DNA from: Squalus acanthias
Taxonomy: Eukaryota
Direction of reading: 5' to 3'
Length of the DNA: 64,000 nt
NCBI GenBank assembly: GCA_030390025.1
Contig: CM059448.1
Coordinates: 10,788,001 to 10,852,000 of the forward strand
Notes under the pieces: generated by a model
Database searches by the model: none
Told to the model about the DNA's origin: nothing
Seen by the model: the letters and a program-made list of their open reading frames with translations, nothing else
Shown here: in pieces, positions 63,140 to 64,000 of the stretch
Numbering within the stretch: the stretch's first letter is position 1
How the letters are laid out: each line of letters opens with the position of its first letter
Program-made: the position numbers and the translations under genes

Positions 63140-63240
63140 GCCCCATTCAACTTCCGGCCGCGGGCCCCCGGTCCGCCCCCATCAACCGTCCCTCCGCCGA
63201 CTTCCGGCTCCGCGCCGAAGATCAGTTCCGCATTAAAGTT
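63140..63240 (-). promoter_or_regulatory. EXO5 CpG-island promoter with two Ets (CCGGAAGT) sites and a GC box
   Basis: acttccgg at ~63150 and ~63200, ccgccccc at ~63173; CpG-dense 63050-63240. Confidence 0.65.
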
Positions 63241-63656
63241 TATCCCCTCCCCCCCCTAAAGAGTCGAGCATAAAATCCATCCACAGATCTAACTGGTTGT
63301 GTCGATGCTCCCTGCGGATCGCCGGGGGGGAGTGCTAAAACCTTTGAATGGAAACCAGCAGGTTTGTTGAATTCACAGCCGGAACTCAAACGCAAAAGCA
63401 CAAGCTGGCGTGCGGGCGCGGAATGATATATAGATAAAGCTGAATGGTGAGCTGAAAATGAAATGAGAAAGAGAGCCAGCCAGCGATAAAATATGTTGGA
63501 ACGTCGGTGAACTAAAAATCCTTGGAGAGTCAATTAATTTTTTTTGTTGTTGTTGTTGTTGAGCCCAGTGCTTTTCATTCTTCTGTGTTGTTGCTTTTTT
63601 ACGGAACTTTCTTTCGAGGCGGATGTGTGACGGTCGCGAAGGGGAGGCGAAAGGGC

Positions 63657-63670
63657 GTCGCCATGGTAAC
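63657..63670. promoter_or_regulatory. RFX X-box GTCGCCATGGTAAC in a second CpG-rich patch
   Basis: 12/14 match to the palindrome GTTGCCATGGCAAC, embedded in CpG-rich 63600-63700. Confidence 0.6.
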
Positions 63671-64000
63671 GCGTCACTGGCAGGCGGCGCTGCCGACACA
63701 CAACAGCCTGGGGCTAAAGGGCCTGTGTCAGGAAACACAGAGAGAGAGAAAGAGAGAAATAACTTGATTCATAAACCAGGCTGGCAGAAGAAGAAAAAAA
63801 GAGAGAGAAAAAAAAAAGAAATAAATTAAACAGGAGACAGGCATGAGTTACAGGCTGGTCTGCCTGCTGTAGGTGGAGAGCAACTGTTTCAAAGAATACA
63901 GCAAGCTATATAAAAAAAATAAACAAGGATTATATCATATATTTAAAAAATCTAAAGCCCCTAAAGAAATTTGGGGAAAAGACTAAAGATCCAAATCCAA

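Overview
Vertebrate genomic DNA; the repeat content (HE1-like V-SINE, Deu-domain SINEs, CR1 LINEs, Penelope-like elements) points to a cartilaginous fish, probably a shark. I reconstructed two complete minus-strand genes by hand from GT-AG boundaries and phase continuity. (1) EXO5, exonuclease V: 6 coding exons, 63138->53126, 398 aa, with 4 Fe-S cysteines and a RecB-type D-E-x-K motif, under a CpG/Ets promoter with a nearby RFX X-box. (2) A tapasin-family gene: 8 coding exons, 46902->27155, 435 aa (signal peptide, N domain, IgV, IgC1, TM, tail ending KKPY), with an ISRE/GAS-like promoter. This protein keeps the MHC-I-contact motif and an ER-retrieval signal but lacks the free N-domain cysteine and the TM lysine. 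It sits next to EXO5, so it may be the third tapasin paralogue rather than tapasin or TAPBPR. The first ~12.7 kb probably holds the end of an unidentified plus-strand gene, whose likely long 3'UTR contains a 2.2-kb GC-rich minisatellite with a 498-bp higher-order repeat. A young ~744-bp MITE occurs three times and carries promoter motifs plus a one-strand cluster of splice donors. Two of its copies form an inverted pair bracketing exactly the IgV and IgC1 exons (666 nt, in frame). Repeat boundaries are approximate unless TIRs or TSDs are given.
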